From Macrostomum lignano (Eukaryota), in NCBI GenBank assembly GCA_002269645.1, contig NIVC01000794.1, forward strand, positions 36,106-100,105: DNA of 64,000 bases, read 5' to 3'. A program made the translations under genes and the position numbers. The notes beneath the pieces are model-generated. The model had not been told where the DNA came from and did not search any database. It worked only from the letters and a program-made list of their open reading frames with translations. Below, piece by piece: positions 12,745-25,039 of this stretch. Position 1 is the stretch's first letter; each line of letters begins with the position of its first letter.

Positions 12745-15700
12745 ATGTCAGCGACAAAGGGTAAGGAGCTGATCGTGTCTACACTAGCTCGGTAGGAAAG
12801 ACTAGACTGGACTGCATCAGTTCCAGAGACTGGACTGCATCAGTTCCAGAGACTGGACTGCATCAGTTCCAGAGACTGGACAGACTCAAGCGGTATATTG
12901 TAATATACATGTACTATCAACAGGGGCGTAGCCAGGAATTTTGATTGGGGGGGGGCCGTGAGTTAGGGGGCGCCAGCTTCTTATAGGGGGGCGCCAGTTT
13001 CTTTTAGGGGGGGGGCGCCAGTTTCTTATAGGGGGGGCGCCAGTTTCTTTTAGGGGGGGCGCCAGTTTCTTTTAGGGGGGGGCGCCAGTTTCTTTTAGGG
13101 GGGGGGTGCCAGTTTCTTTTAGGGGGGGGGGGCGCCAGTTTCTTATAGGGGGGCGCCAGTTTCTTATAGGGGGGGGGGGCGCCAGTTTCTTATAGGGGGG
13201 GGCGCCAGTTTCTTTTAGGGGGGGGGCGCCAAGGCCAGAGTTGGTGATTGGGGGGGGCCACGGCCCCCCTTGCCCCCCCTCTGGCTACGCCCCTGACTAT
13301 CAAGCCTTCTTCAGGTAAAGCTGCATTCGAAAATCTTTACTTGCTGATTTCCAGCTATCCGTGTCGTCACTGTTCTGCTGTTGCTAAGCTGCGCGTTTCA
13401 CCGCTGTGGCAGTCATGAAAGCTGTGAGTCATACCCGCCATGGGGTTGAGTAGGCAGTGCATGTACAGTTACTAGTTAGGTGTGTTTTCAGAGTTTCACT
13501 TTGAGAACTTCTCTATTGGTCTCTGGGGGTCAAAGCGTTTTGGGAGCTAAACTTTGGTCTTTGAGGGTCAACTGGAGGTCAATCGGAAACAGGTCTTTGA
13601 GTCTGGAGGTCAATTGGAAACAGGTCCTTGAGGGTAAACTGGAGGTCAATTGGAAACAGGTCCTTGAGGGTAAACTGGAGGTCAATTGGAAACAGGTCCT
13701 TGAGGGCCAACTTAGTGGATCAGAAAGTCCCTGGGTCAACTGGGGGGGGGGTCAAATCGGGGTCAAGATATGTTTCGAGGTTACATTCGATTGCTACAAT
13801 GTCCCACAGACTGCAGCGGACTGCAGAATGTGTCAGCAACTGAGGCCGGAGGGGACATCGTCAGTCACGCCAGTGGCGCTCACTGCTCCTGGTTCATTCG
13901 GGCCCCAGCCGGCAAAATCATAGTGGCCTGGTTCACCTCTCTTGACCTGGAAGAATCTAGCGAACAAAACGACAGCGTCTCTCTGTTTGACGGGTCCCCG
14001 AAGCCTTTCAAATTGCTGAAGGTGGTCAATAAACTTCAGCATACCGGCTTCATTTGGCCGCCAAGATCTTGGCCAGAGACTCCCATCTCTCCGAGATTCG
14101 TTTCCAGCTCGAACCTGATGACTGTGAAGTTCCAGTCGGGAAACGGAAGCACAGAACGGAAAGGATTCAGACTGCACTTTGAGCTCAGCCACTCGCGTGA
14201 GTCAGGGTGGCGCCATTCCATACTTGTCAGGGTGGCGCCATTCCATACTTGTCAGGGTGGCGCCATTCCATACTTGTCAGGGTGGCGCCATTCTATAGTT
14301 GTCAGGGTGGCGCCATTCCATACTTGTCAGGGTGGCGCCATTCCATACTTGTCAGGGTGGCGCCATTCCATACTTGTCAGGGTGGCGCCATTCCATACTT
14401 GTCAGTATGGCGCCATTCTATAGTTGTCAGGGTGTCGCCATTCTATAAATTGCCATGAGTGGCGCCATTCCATAGTTGTCAGGGTGGCGCCATTTTATAG
14501 TTGTCAGGGTGGCGCCATTTTATAGTTGTCAGGGTAGCGCCATTCTATTTTTGCCAGGGTGGCGCCATTCCATAAATTGCCATGAGTGGCGCCATTCTAT
14601 AGTTGTCAGAGTGGCGCCATTCCATAAATTGCCATGAGTGGCGCCATTCTATAGTTGTCAGGGTGGCGCCATTCTATAGTTGTTGGGGTAGTGTCAGGGA
14701 AGCACCATTCCATAGTTCTCAGGGTGGCGCCATTCCATAGTTGTCAGGGTTGCCATTCCACAGGTGGCGCCATTCCACCCTGAGAACTGGGTTGTCATGA
14801 GTGGCGCCATTCTATAGTTTTCAGGGTAGTGCCATTTCATAAATTGGCATGAGTGGCGCCATTCTATAGTTGTCAGGGTGGCGCCATTTTATAGTTGTCA
14901 GGGTGGCGCCATTCCATAAATTGAAGAGTGGCGCCATTCCATAGTTCTCAGGATGGCGCCGTTCTATAGTTCCCAATATAGTATCGTACTCAATCCCTCT
15001 CCTCAGCCAATGACAGCGCCTGCGGCTCCATCAGCTGGTTCTCTAACGATACTGAAAATTCTGGAGAGCTCGTTAGCCACAGGGAATACAACGGATTAGT
15101 GCCCTACGCTCGGAGCATGTCGTGCAGATGGGACCTGCCATCTGCTGGTTCAACTGTAGCCGTCGTGACAGTGCTGAATTTGTCTCTTTCTCAGGACTCT
15201 CTTTACATAATGGGCGCCATACCTTCTAAATATCGAACCAATTTGTATTATCAAAAGAAGACCTGGGCAGCTGTGAGCAATGCTGAGCTGCAGCCAAGAT
15301 CCAAGATTTTGATATTGTTTAAATCGACCGGAAGACATCGATCAACGGGATTTCGGCTCAAAATTGGTTTGTAGCCTGGAGATCTTCCCATTACCCTCAC
15401 TGTCTGCACTCTCAACCTGTCACTCTACCCTCACTGTCTACACTCTCAACCTGTCACTCTACCCTCACTGTCTAAACTCTCAACCTGTCACTCTACCCTC
15501 ACTGTCTAAACTCTCAACCTGTCACTCTACCCTCACTGTCTAAACTCTCAACCTGTCACTCTACCCTCACTGTCTACACTCTCAACCTGTCACTCTACCC
15601 TCACTGTCTACACTCTCAACCTGTCACTCTACCCTCACTGTCTACACTCTCAACCTGTCACTCTACCCTCACTGTCTACACTCTCAACCTGTCACTCTAC

Positions 15701-18700
15701 CCTCACTGTCTACACTCTCAACCTGTCACTCTACCCCCACTTTCACTCTAACTCTAATGTGATCATCAAGCACACAAAACCGTTAATACAGTTTATTACA
15801 GGTCGCATATAATCAGCTCTCATAAAGTTGGCGAATTCAACGGCTCGAACGCAACGCGGTCCATCTGGTTCATCGAGGCCGCAGCTGGGAATGGCGTCCA
15901 ACTCCAGCTGACATATTGTGGACTTCGTCCAGGAGATTCCATCAAGGTTTATGACGAGCGTATTACTAAAACGATAGCTCGAATCAATGGTACAAATTGC
16001 AAAAAGTTCTTAGAAACGTTCGAATCGCGCTCAAATTTTGTGAGAGTCACCTTCGATCGAGGCGACAGAAGCACCGACAGAAGGTTCAGCGTGAAGTACG
16101 ACACTACTCAGGAAAGTAAGTTGCTTTGGAGTTGAAATTTCTGCCTTTAAAGACGTCAACTACTTTTTGATTGGCTAAGCATACGGTGTACTCGTATAGG
16201 CCCTTGCAAGGTCACTAATGGTATTCTAAAAGGTGTTGGGATCTAATGGTCAGGGACCATTGTCTTGTATGTCCTTTAGTATAACAGGACGTAAAACTCG
16301 AAAATCGTGTAGTTTTTGGAGGCCGATTTCCTGCAAAAAATACACTAGCTTTCGATAATTTTAATTTTTTAATTCTTTAATATTAATTTTTCGATATTAA
16401 TGATAAAAAAATAAAGTAAATATAAGATATATCTTTTTCCTATCTGCGAAGTGTACGAGCTACTTTTCCAGGAAATCGGCCTCCAAAAATTACACGAATT
16501 TTGAGTTTTACGACCTGTTATACTACAATGTTCGTTTCTTACGGTGTGGGTATGTTTATCCTACGACATGACAATTTTTTCGAAAGGTATTCCTAGAAAA
16601 CCATGTCTCTATACTATAGCAAAGGGTCAAAATTCTAGGAAAGCAACGGGTCAAAAACGAGATTGTTTCCTAGAATAGGAGGAGCTTATAAGTTTAGCCG
16701 GAAGGCCAAATTTTGCAAAGCTCAGTGCACGCAATCAAGTTGTCCAGCCAGTTACCAGCAACCTGACTGTTTAACTCAACTTTTAGTCAAGTACTGTTTC
16801 GGCTATGTCATTAAGGAGGCTAGCAGGGACATCGGAGAAATTTCCAGCCACAGAGAAGCCGGCTTAACCAATTACTTGAACCATATGCGATGCTTTTGGG
16901 AGCTGAATGCAAATATCAACGAAAGTGTTGTTGCCTGGTTTCCGCACATGGATCTGCAAAACAATTCCGGCGATTTTATTCGAATGTACGATGGCTGGCA
17001 TGTGAACAAGGAGCATTTGATAGTCAACATTAGTCTGGAAGGCCACGCTGGTTGGATCTCGCCGGTATTTGCCACAACTTACCCTCGAATGGTGGCATTC
17101 TTTTAAACCGATGCTGCAGTAACGCGCACCGGGTTCCGGCTGCAGTGGAAGACCAGGAGACTGCGTGAATGCACTTTGGTCAAGTCAGCATTTATGCATT
17201 GTGCGTAGGTAAATGAGTTAGAACTATGAGAGATGTGAGAGATCGGGAGGAGAGAGAGAGGTGACAAATGAGAGATGGGGAAGTGAGGTGTGAGAGGTCG
17301 GGAGGTGAGAGAGATGAGATGTGAGAGATCGGGAGGAGAGAGAGAGGTGACAAATGAGAGATGGGGAAGTGAGGTATGAGAGATCGGGAGGTGAGAGAGG
17401 TGAGATGTGAGAGATCGGGAGGATAAAGAGGTGAGATATGAGAGATCGGGAGGAGAAAGAGGTGAGATGTGAGAGATCGGGAGGAGAAAGAGGTGAGATG
17501 TGAGTGATCGGGAGGAGAAAGAGGTGAGATGTGAGAGATCGGGAGGAGAGAGACGTGAGATGTGAGAGATCGGGACGTGAGAGAGGTGAGATGTGAGACA
17601 TCGGGAGGAGAGAGGTGAGATGTGAGAGATCGGGAGGAGAGAGAGGTGAGATGTGAGAGATCGGGAGGTGAGAGAGGTGAGATGTGAGAGATCGGGAGGA
17701 GAGAGAGGTGAGATGTGAGTGATCGGGAGGAGAAAGAGGTGAGATGTGAGTGATCGGGAGGAGGAAGAGGTGAGATGTGAGAGATCGGGAGGAGAGAGAC
17801 GTGAGATGTGAGAGATCGGGAGGAGAAAGAGGTGAGATGTGAGAGATCGGGAGGAGAGAGAGGTGGGAGATCGAGAGGAGAGAGAGGTGAGATGTGAGAG
17901 ATCGGGAGGAGAGAGAGGTGAGAGATGGGGAGGAGAGAGAGGTGAGATGTGAGAGATCGGGAGGAGAGAGAGTTGAGATGTGAAAGATCGGGAAGAGAGA
18001 GAGGTGAGATGTGAGAGATCGGGAGGAGAGAGACGTGAGAGATGGGGAGGAGAGAGACGTGAGATGTGAGAGATCGGGAGGAGAGAGAGTTGAGATGTGA
18101 AAGATCGGGAAGAGAGAGAGGTGAGATGTGAGAGATCGGGAGGAGAGAGAGGTGAGAGATGGGGAGGAGAGAGAGGTGAGAGATGGGAGGAGAGAGAGGT
18201 GAGATGTGAGAGATCGGGAGGAGGGAGAGGTGAGAGATGGGGAGGAGAGAGAGGTGAGAGATGGGAAGGAGAGAGAGGTGAGATGTGAGAGATCGGGAGG
18301 AGAGAGAGGTGAGAGATCGGGAAGAGAGAGAGGTGAGATTTGAGAAGCACAGAGATTGAGGAGTCAGGATTCAATGCATGATCATTAAATGCAGTGCCCG
18401 TCAGAAAAGCATGTAGGCTTGGCACTTACAGACTTTGTGTTGATTTTTTAGTGACCATCAACAGGTGCGGATCTGTGGTGTGGTCGGACGCCTCAAACTC
18501 ATCGGGCGAGCTGGCCAGCCACGAAGGATACGACGGGTTCACACCGCATCCGGGAAATTTGAGCTGCCTGACGTATCTGCCCGGACTAAGTTACAGCAGG
18601 GGTCTGGTTTACGTAACCCTGGTCAGCGCCTCCCTTGCCGAGGGCGACTGCTTGCACGTGACCTCATCCGGAATCGTCTCTGGGGAACCCATTCACCTGT

Positions 18701-19576
18701 GCGGTTGGGTAGCCGTCAAGAATTTGACCCTGGTGGGCCCGGTTAACATTGTTGTGCGGTACAGGTCTTACAGCAAGTACAAGTCTGCTGGCTTTTTGAT
18801 TCGCTTCCATAGCAGGATGGACGGTGAGTCTTGGGGTTGTCAGGCGCTCACTTAAGGAAGGTGTCTGGGGTTGTCAGGCGCTCACTGAGGTGTCTGTGGT
18901 TATCAGGCGCTCACTTAAGGAAGGTGTCTGTGTGGTTGTCAGGCGCTCACTGAGGTGTCTGGGGTTGTCAGGCGCTCACTGAGGTGTCTGGGGTTGTCAG
19001 GCGCTCACTGAGTGTCGAGAGATGTCAGGCCGAAAATCAAGCATTTCACTAAAGTACAAATGTATCTATTAGTGACTTATATGAATTTCATCATTAGACA
19101 CAACTCGAACGCCGGAAGCTACAACTCGCACACCGGAAGCTACAACTCGCACACCGGAAGCTACAACTCGCACACCGGAAGCTACAACTCGCACACCGGA
19201 AGCTACAACTCGCACACCGGAAGCTACAACTCGCACACCGGAAGCTACAACTCGCACACCGGAAGCTACAACTCGCACACCGGAAGCTACAACTCGCACA
19301 CCGGAAGCTACAACTCGCACACCGGAAGCTACAACTCGCACACCGGAAGCTACAACTCGCACACCGGAAGCTACAACTCGCACACCGGAAGCTACAACTC
19401 GCACACCGGAAGCCACAGCCTGCCCTTCGACTCCTCCGTTTAAACCTAACATTTTGCACCGGCTGCTCAACTCGTGCGTTAGTAGTCTCGAGTCCTGCTC
19501 TAAAATCTTGAGCTCGTGCTCCAGCAGACTGGAATCGTGCGTTAAGTCCACGTCATGGGACTCAAACGGGAATTAA
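12745..19576 (+). CDS. Secreted five-CUB-domain protein; model join 12745..12760,13355..13423,13810..14196,15007..15366,15792..16115,16787..17164,18452..18823,19419..19576; in-frame TAA at 17104-17106 (possible pseudogene)
   Basis: Signal peptide MSATKAIRVVTVLLLLSCAFHRCG. Five phase 1-1 exons each have CUB features (G.I.S, C.W.I, D.v..yDG, F.S...GF.l.f). All GT-AG and the joined frame is consistent (2064 nt). The acceptors of exons 5 and 8 are less certain. Confidence 0.75.
12805..12880. repeat. 23-bp tandem repeat x3 (gactggactgcatcagttccaga)
   Basis: Direct reading; lies in CUB intron 1. Confidence 0.9.
12921..13295. mobile_element. hAT-like MITE (375 bp) with an internal G-tract tandem repeat
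   Basis: 15-bp perfect TIR caggggcgtagccag/ctggctacgcccctg and 8-bp TSD actatcaa (12913-12920, 13296-13303). Interior is about 11 copies of gggggggcgccagtttcttwtag. Confidence 0.9.
13561..13710. repeat. ~36-bp minisatellite, ~4 copies (CUB intron 2)
   Basis: aactggaggtcaattggaaacaggtccttgagggta recurs at 13638 and 13674, with degenerate copies before. Confidence 0.85.
14200..14965. repeat. 25-bp minisatellite (CUB intron 3)
   Basis: gtcagggtggcgccattccatactt, about 30 copies, starting within the donor site. Confidence 0.92.
15392..15745. repeat. 34-bp minisatellite (CUB intron 4)
   Basis: taccctcactgtctacactctcaacctgtcactc, about 10 copies. Confidence 0.92.
16279..16523. mobile_element. 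MITE (~245 bp) with ~55-bp TIRs and TA TSD (CUB intron 5)
   Basis: gtataacaggacgtaaaactcgaaaatcgtgtagtttttggaggccgatttcctg versus caggaaatcggcctccaaaaattacacgaattttgagttttacgacctgttatac; TA on both flanks. Confidence 0.8.
17225..18340. repeat. Purine-rich degenerate minisatellite (CUB intron 6)
   Basis: gagagaggtgagatgtgagagatcgggagga units over 1.1 kb. Confidence 0.92.
18830..19012. repeat. ~28-bp minisatellite (CUB intron 7, 5' part)
   Basis: ggggttgtcaggcgctcactgaggtgtct, about 6 copies. Confidence 0.88.
19098..19416. repeat. 21-bp minisatellite, ~15 near-perfect copies (CUB intron 7, 3' part)
   Basis: caactcgcacaccggaagcta units; the last unit is altered to form the acceptor gccacag. 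Confidence 0.95.
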
Positions 19577-21008
19577 GCATCAATCAACAAGGGAAATTGA
19601 TTGCTATTTTCTCATCAACACTCTCGATGGCATATAAAGACAAGATTGATCGCATATCAATAAAATCGCATACCGAAGCTTATTCATTTTTTAATCGCCA
19701 GTCGCTCAAAATGTTTTTTTCACTAAAAGCATGAAAAATTTTATTTTCGTTTATCGGAATTCAATATTTCACTTTGTCACAAAAATAGACACAAGAAACT
19801 GTAAGACTATATGCCACAGTGACTTATTAAAGTTGATACAAGTCCTTGTCATTGCTGTAATCTAGAAACCTTACATAATGCTACATAATTTTTTTAAACT
19901 TACAAGATTTGACAAAAGCCAGGTTTCATTGCTGTTTATATATTATGGAAACACATTAACAAATATACTTCGTTCCGAATTCACGAATTTCTAAAACAAA
20001 AAAACGAATATTACGTCTTCATTTTAATAAAAGATATAAAGTTTTGCGCCGCCTTAAACTCCACTGCAAAGTTTTTTACGTGTATAATTTAAAATTCACT
20101 CAACCAAATTATTGAAACAATTGTTAAAAAGTTAAAACAAGTTTGTATTACTTCATGCTTAGAAGTTTAATTTAGCAAAAGTTATATGTTATTTAATAAA
20201 CGCCTTTAAAAGCTAAATTAATAATAATTGTTATAATAAAAATCTCTAGCATTCTTTTCTGCTCAATATAGATGATTGTGAAGTAAAGAATAAAGCTAAA
20301 ATCACTGTTTTCAACTTTCATGAAAAAATAAGGGATTTAATAACGTGAAACTGCACCAAATATAAGGTTTTAAGGATTAGCTAATTAATTATAATTCGGA
20401 CTTTGTCTAAAGAGCAACGTTTAATTTACGCTCGTAAGAGGTTTGGAAGCTTTAGACTTGTGAACATTTTCTGTGATACTAACACAAATTAAAATGAAAA
20501 TGCTCGCAATCTCCTTTCTTTAACACAAATTAATTTGAATGAAAAAAATGGACCTGCTTTTTATATTGCTGATTTCAGCTGACAACAACAAATTCGCCAA
20601 AAGTTCTTTTATAAAGCAGCTACTGTAAATCAGATGAAAACAGTGAGTAAACGGGCCCGCGCTATATTTGCGACATCGCATTTCAAATATCGCACGTCAT
20701 AGTTATTGAACCACTTACTAGAATAACAAATTTAAACGAAATATTTTATTTTTTATATACTTTACTAAGAATTTAAAAAGAATTCCTGCTAGTAATATTT
20801 GATTAAAGTTTAAAAAAAATCTATTAGGTATTTTTCAGACATAGATTTCGTCAATTTGGTATAAAGTGATGAAATCGATTGCAAGGCAACTGATGGGTTA
20901 TAAATATTGTACGCTGTCGTCAGCAATAAAAGCCATTAAATCAAACATTCGATTATGATTTCCTGACGATATAGCTTTAATTGCTACACAAAGATCTGAA
21001 AGCCGCAG

Positions 21009-22508
21009 ATGCCGTCGGATAAGGTTCACATTAGCATTGTGGTCATTGGCCATGTCGACTCTGGAAAGTCTACTTCCACCGGCCATCTGATCTACAAGTG
21101 CGGTGGCATTGACAAGAGAACTATCGAGAAGTACGAGAAGGAGGCAAAAGAGCTCGGCAGGGGCTCGTTCAAGTACGCATGGGTGCTCGACAAGCTGAAG
21201 GCCGAGCGTGAGCGCGGTATCACCATTGACATTGCTCTGTGGAAGTTCGAGACTGAGAAGTACTACGTCACTGTCATCGACGCCCCTGGCCACAGGGACT
21301 TTATCAAGAACATGATCACCGGTACCTCTCAGGCCGACTGCGCCGTGCTGATCATTGCTGCTGGTGTTGGCGAGTTCGAGGCCGGTATCTCGAAGAACGG
21401 TCAGACCCGCGAGCACGCTCTGCTGGCTTACACCCTCGGTGTCAAGCAGATGATCATCGGCGTGAACAAGATGGACTCGACCGAGCCGCCGTACTCCGAG
21501 GCCCGCTACAACGAAATCAAGAAGGAAGTGTCCGCCTACATCAAGAAGGTCGGCTACAACCCGGATGCGGTCGCTTTTGTGCCCATCTCTGGCTGGCACG
21601 GAGACAACATGATCGAGGAGAGCAACAACATGTCCTGGTTCAAAGGATGGAGCATCAAGCGCAAGCTGCCCGGCAAGAAGGAGGAGACCACCACCGAGGG
21701 CAAGACCCTGATCGAAGCTCTGGACGCGATCATTCCGCCAGAGCGACCCACCGACAAGCCGCTACGTCTGCCTCTACAGGACGTGTACAAGATCGGCGGT
21801 ATCGGCACCGTTCCGGTCGGTCGCGTTGAGACTGGTATCTTGAAGCCCGGCATGGTCGTGACCTTCGCACCACAGATTCTCTCGACTGAGGTCAAGTCCG
21901 TTGAAATGCACCACGTGCAAATGTCGGAAGCCGTTCCTGGCGACAATGTAGGCTTCAATGTGAAGAACGTGTCTGTGAAGGACATCCGTCGTGGCAACGT
22001 GTGCGGCGACTCCAAGAACGACCCGCCTAAGGAGACTGGAGACTTCGTTGCCCAGGTAAAGGCACACCGTTGCTAAGAAGGACATTAAGTAACCAGTAAA
22101 ATTTCATGTTCATTTACATAACCTGTACTTGTATACCTTCCGCAGGTCATCGTGCTGAACCACCCCGGTCAGATCCAGCCCGGCTACGCTCCCGTGCTCG
22201 ACTGCCACACCGCTCACATCGCCTGCAAGTTCAGCGAGTTCCTCAAGAAGATCGACAGGCGCAGCGGCAAGGAGCTCGAGGACTCTCCGAAGATCCTGAA
22301 GAGCGGCGACGCCGCCATGATCAAACTGATCCCCTCCAAGGCCATGTGCGTGGAGCCCTTCGCCCAGTACCCGCCTCTGGGTCGCTTCGCCGTGCGCGAC
22401 ATGAAGCAGACCGTGGCCGTGGGCGTCATCAAGGAGGTCAACAAGAAGATCACCGAGGGCAAGGCGACCAAGGCTGCTCAGAAGGCCAGCGGTGGAAAGA
22501 AGAAATGA
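21009..22508 (+). CDS. EEF1A: Elongation factor 1-alpha, copy 2 (469 aa; join 21009..22055,22146..22508)
   Basis: Same motifs as copy 1. 90-bp GT-AG intron (22056-22145) at the same AQ|VI position. Confidence 0.97.
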
Positions 22509-22824
22509 CTATGGAATGCTGCCATTGACTTGCTTGAGGGAACGAGTTCCAGCAAACAGTTTTCACATGCAACCAGTCTGTGCGCCGCATTCGTTGCGGC
22601 AATTCAGAACGCTGAATTTTTTCACCTTTTAATAAAAAACCCTACAGAGTGGCATTAGAGAGTGCAGACGCACTGACCTCTAGTTTAAAGATCTCAGGAA
22701 ATATTTTCAGCCGATTTGTCAGTGTTCAGCCGCTCAGGAATCAGCGGATGGGCAGAATTGCCTCAATTTCGCCGAAGGCGTTGTGTGCCCTCAGCCCTCC
22801 TAAAAACAATGATGGCTTGTCTAG

Positions 22825-22870
22825 TAGGTAACGGAGTAAAATAATGGCCATTATTTTACTCCATTACCTA
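22825..22870. repeat. 46-bp imperfect palindrome centred on GGCC
   Basis: taggtaacggagtaaaataatgg/ccattattttactccattaccta. Confidence 0.75.
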
Positions 22871-23526
22871 GCTACTATGCAATGTCATTGTTTATCTAAC
22901 GCACAGCGATAGTTCAATGAAAAACTTGATTGTAGGATTGACATTCACACACGATAAAACTGGATGATAAATCGTGAATGTATCAGCCATAGACAATCAT
23001 TTACTGCACGCTTTTTATTTACTGCAGAAAACAGGATATCTCTAGGCCATGGAAGTTTTCTATACATAAAGAGGAGATCAATCCACGAACTAGAAGAAAG
23101 TGTTGCAAGTGTCGGCACCAGACGACGTTCTCTGTACCCTCCCGAATTTTACGATAGGAAACTGTTCGACTTTATGAAACGTAATCCATCTGTAAGGATT
23201 GACCTGATCACTGCGGATCCACCAGCCATCAATCGTTTGTTTCGGACTTTTTATGGTGCGTCTTGAAAGCCTGAAGGTAGTTTTTATGCGCCGGCGACGC
23301 TTATCTGCATCCGTGCGGCAATCCTCCGCTTCCTAATGCGGAACAGGCAACTAATAAAACATTATCGAGGACGATGCATTTATGCCGCTAACGCGACGCT
23401 GAAGGCGATGGCGCGTAATTCATTGTTTAGCAATTTGACGATCATTATTCACATTTTTAATGCAGAACAATCCATTACTACAAACAATGCATTGTCTGTA
23501 GGATCGGCAAACAGAAAAACAATGCA

Positions 23527-23627
23527 AATAATCAGCGGTCCCAGTGCGTGACAACGATTGTCTGGCGAGCGCCGGTAGGCGCGAGCCATAGACAAATCGT
23601 TGTCACGTGCTGCGACCGCTGATTATT
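23527..23627. repeat. ~100-nt inverted repeat (hairpin)
   Basis: aataatcagcggtc...gtgacaacgatt..gtct pairs with agacaaatcgttgtcacg...gaccgctgattatt; ~40-bp arms. Confidence 0.75.
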
Positions 23628-24225
23628 TATCCATTGCATCCGGTGGCCGAGCTAAGTTTAGTTTTGCCCATAGAGTGGGATTTAGTGCACGATTTTTGCA
23701 TTGCTTGAAATACGATTGCACCATAGACCAAGGTCATTCACAGCACGCTTGAGTGTTTTACAATGGTCATTATTTCAGCCGGACTGAAGGGAAATGAATG
23801 GTTGATTTGGCCATAGACTATAAGAAAATGTATGGACTGGAACCAAGTGCGGTTTGAAATATCGAATTAACTTCAGCCTTTTTTATGAAGGGACTTATCT
23901 TAAAATTAAACCACTTTAAAGCTCACTTTCAGGGAGGTTATTGACATAGATTTTATTTTGCGGGATTTAATCGCGATCAATTTCCCGGACATATTGCAAG
24001 GATTATTGTATGTATCTAAATAAGCGAGCTTCTCTCTTCTCTTCCTTCGTGACTCGAGAAATGTCTTAATGAAAATTTGTCTATGGTAAGAATGTGGGGG
24101 CTTCGCCCCCACACCTCCAGCAGGGGCTTCGCCCCCATACCCCCATACCCAACTTCAACCATAGACATACAAGTATGGCTCCGGGATTTATCTGAATACA
24201 TCCCGCAAACTTAAAGTAGTTTAAA

Positions 24226-24300
24226 TAAGATATTCTATGGGCTTTTCGGTCGGTATTTCACTTAAATCACATACCGACCTCAAACCCATAGAATATCTTA
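24226..24300. mobile_element. 75-bp mini inverted-repeat element
   Basis: Perfect 16-bp arms taagatattctatggg/cccatagaatatctta plus inner gtcggtat/ataccgac pairing. Confidence 0.55.
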
Positions 24301-25039
24301 TACGTATTACTATCTTATAATCTTGTATATATTATTATGTATAACATTGAAGTGTGTTTCAGCCATAGACAGAAGCTCGGAACCAATGAAACCCCAGATC
24401 TGGACTTGACTATGCAATTAATGTGTTATGAACAATCACGGGTATTTGTTAATCAAACAGACTTAGTCAATCAATGGGTCTCTGGAAAACAATGTTAGAA
24501 ACAAGAGACCGTTATTTCAAAAACTTTATTGCAGCAAAATCTTCCGACAAGAGGCGCAGAGAGTAAATTTAGATTATAAATAAATCCAAATGGCAAAAAT
24601 GATCAATACTGACTGCTAGAAAATCAGGTTAATTATTAGAAATATTGCTTAAAAATATCCCATACCTCATACGTGTAAATTATGTGCCGTGAAAATTAAC
24701 TAAGGAACAGAAACGGTTGATTTTAAAAAGCGAAAACCCAATAAAACAAAATCAACCTGTATGACAGAAAGCACTTTGAAAGAATGAATTACAGAAAATA
24801 CAGAATCAGGTCAACTCTTTCTGAGTAAAATGAATTAATAAAATTCCTTGACACAACGTTAAAAAATTGTAACACGATGTGTATATATTATGATGAAGCA
24901 GAAATATAGAAAAATCTTGCGAATGTACTTTTACTTGGCAGTAAAAGGGATAATAAAAACACACTAGTTCAATCAAAGGCTTTGTTAAGATGCAGATTTA
25001 GTTCATGTCAATACTATAAGATACAGATTTAGTTCTAGT

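Noticed and set aside
5759-22528. Long antisense and alternate-frame ORFs over both EF1A copies (e.g. 5759..6409, 20898..21599)
   Set aside because: Shadow ORFs caused by the GC3-rich codon bias of a highly expressed gene.
22964-23266. 100-aa ORF downstream of EF1A copy 2
   Set aside because: No recognisable domain, splice context or codon bias.
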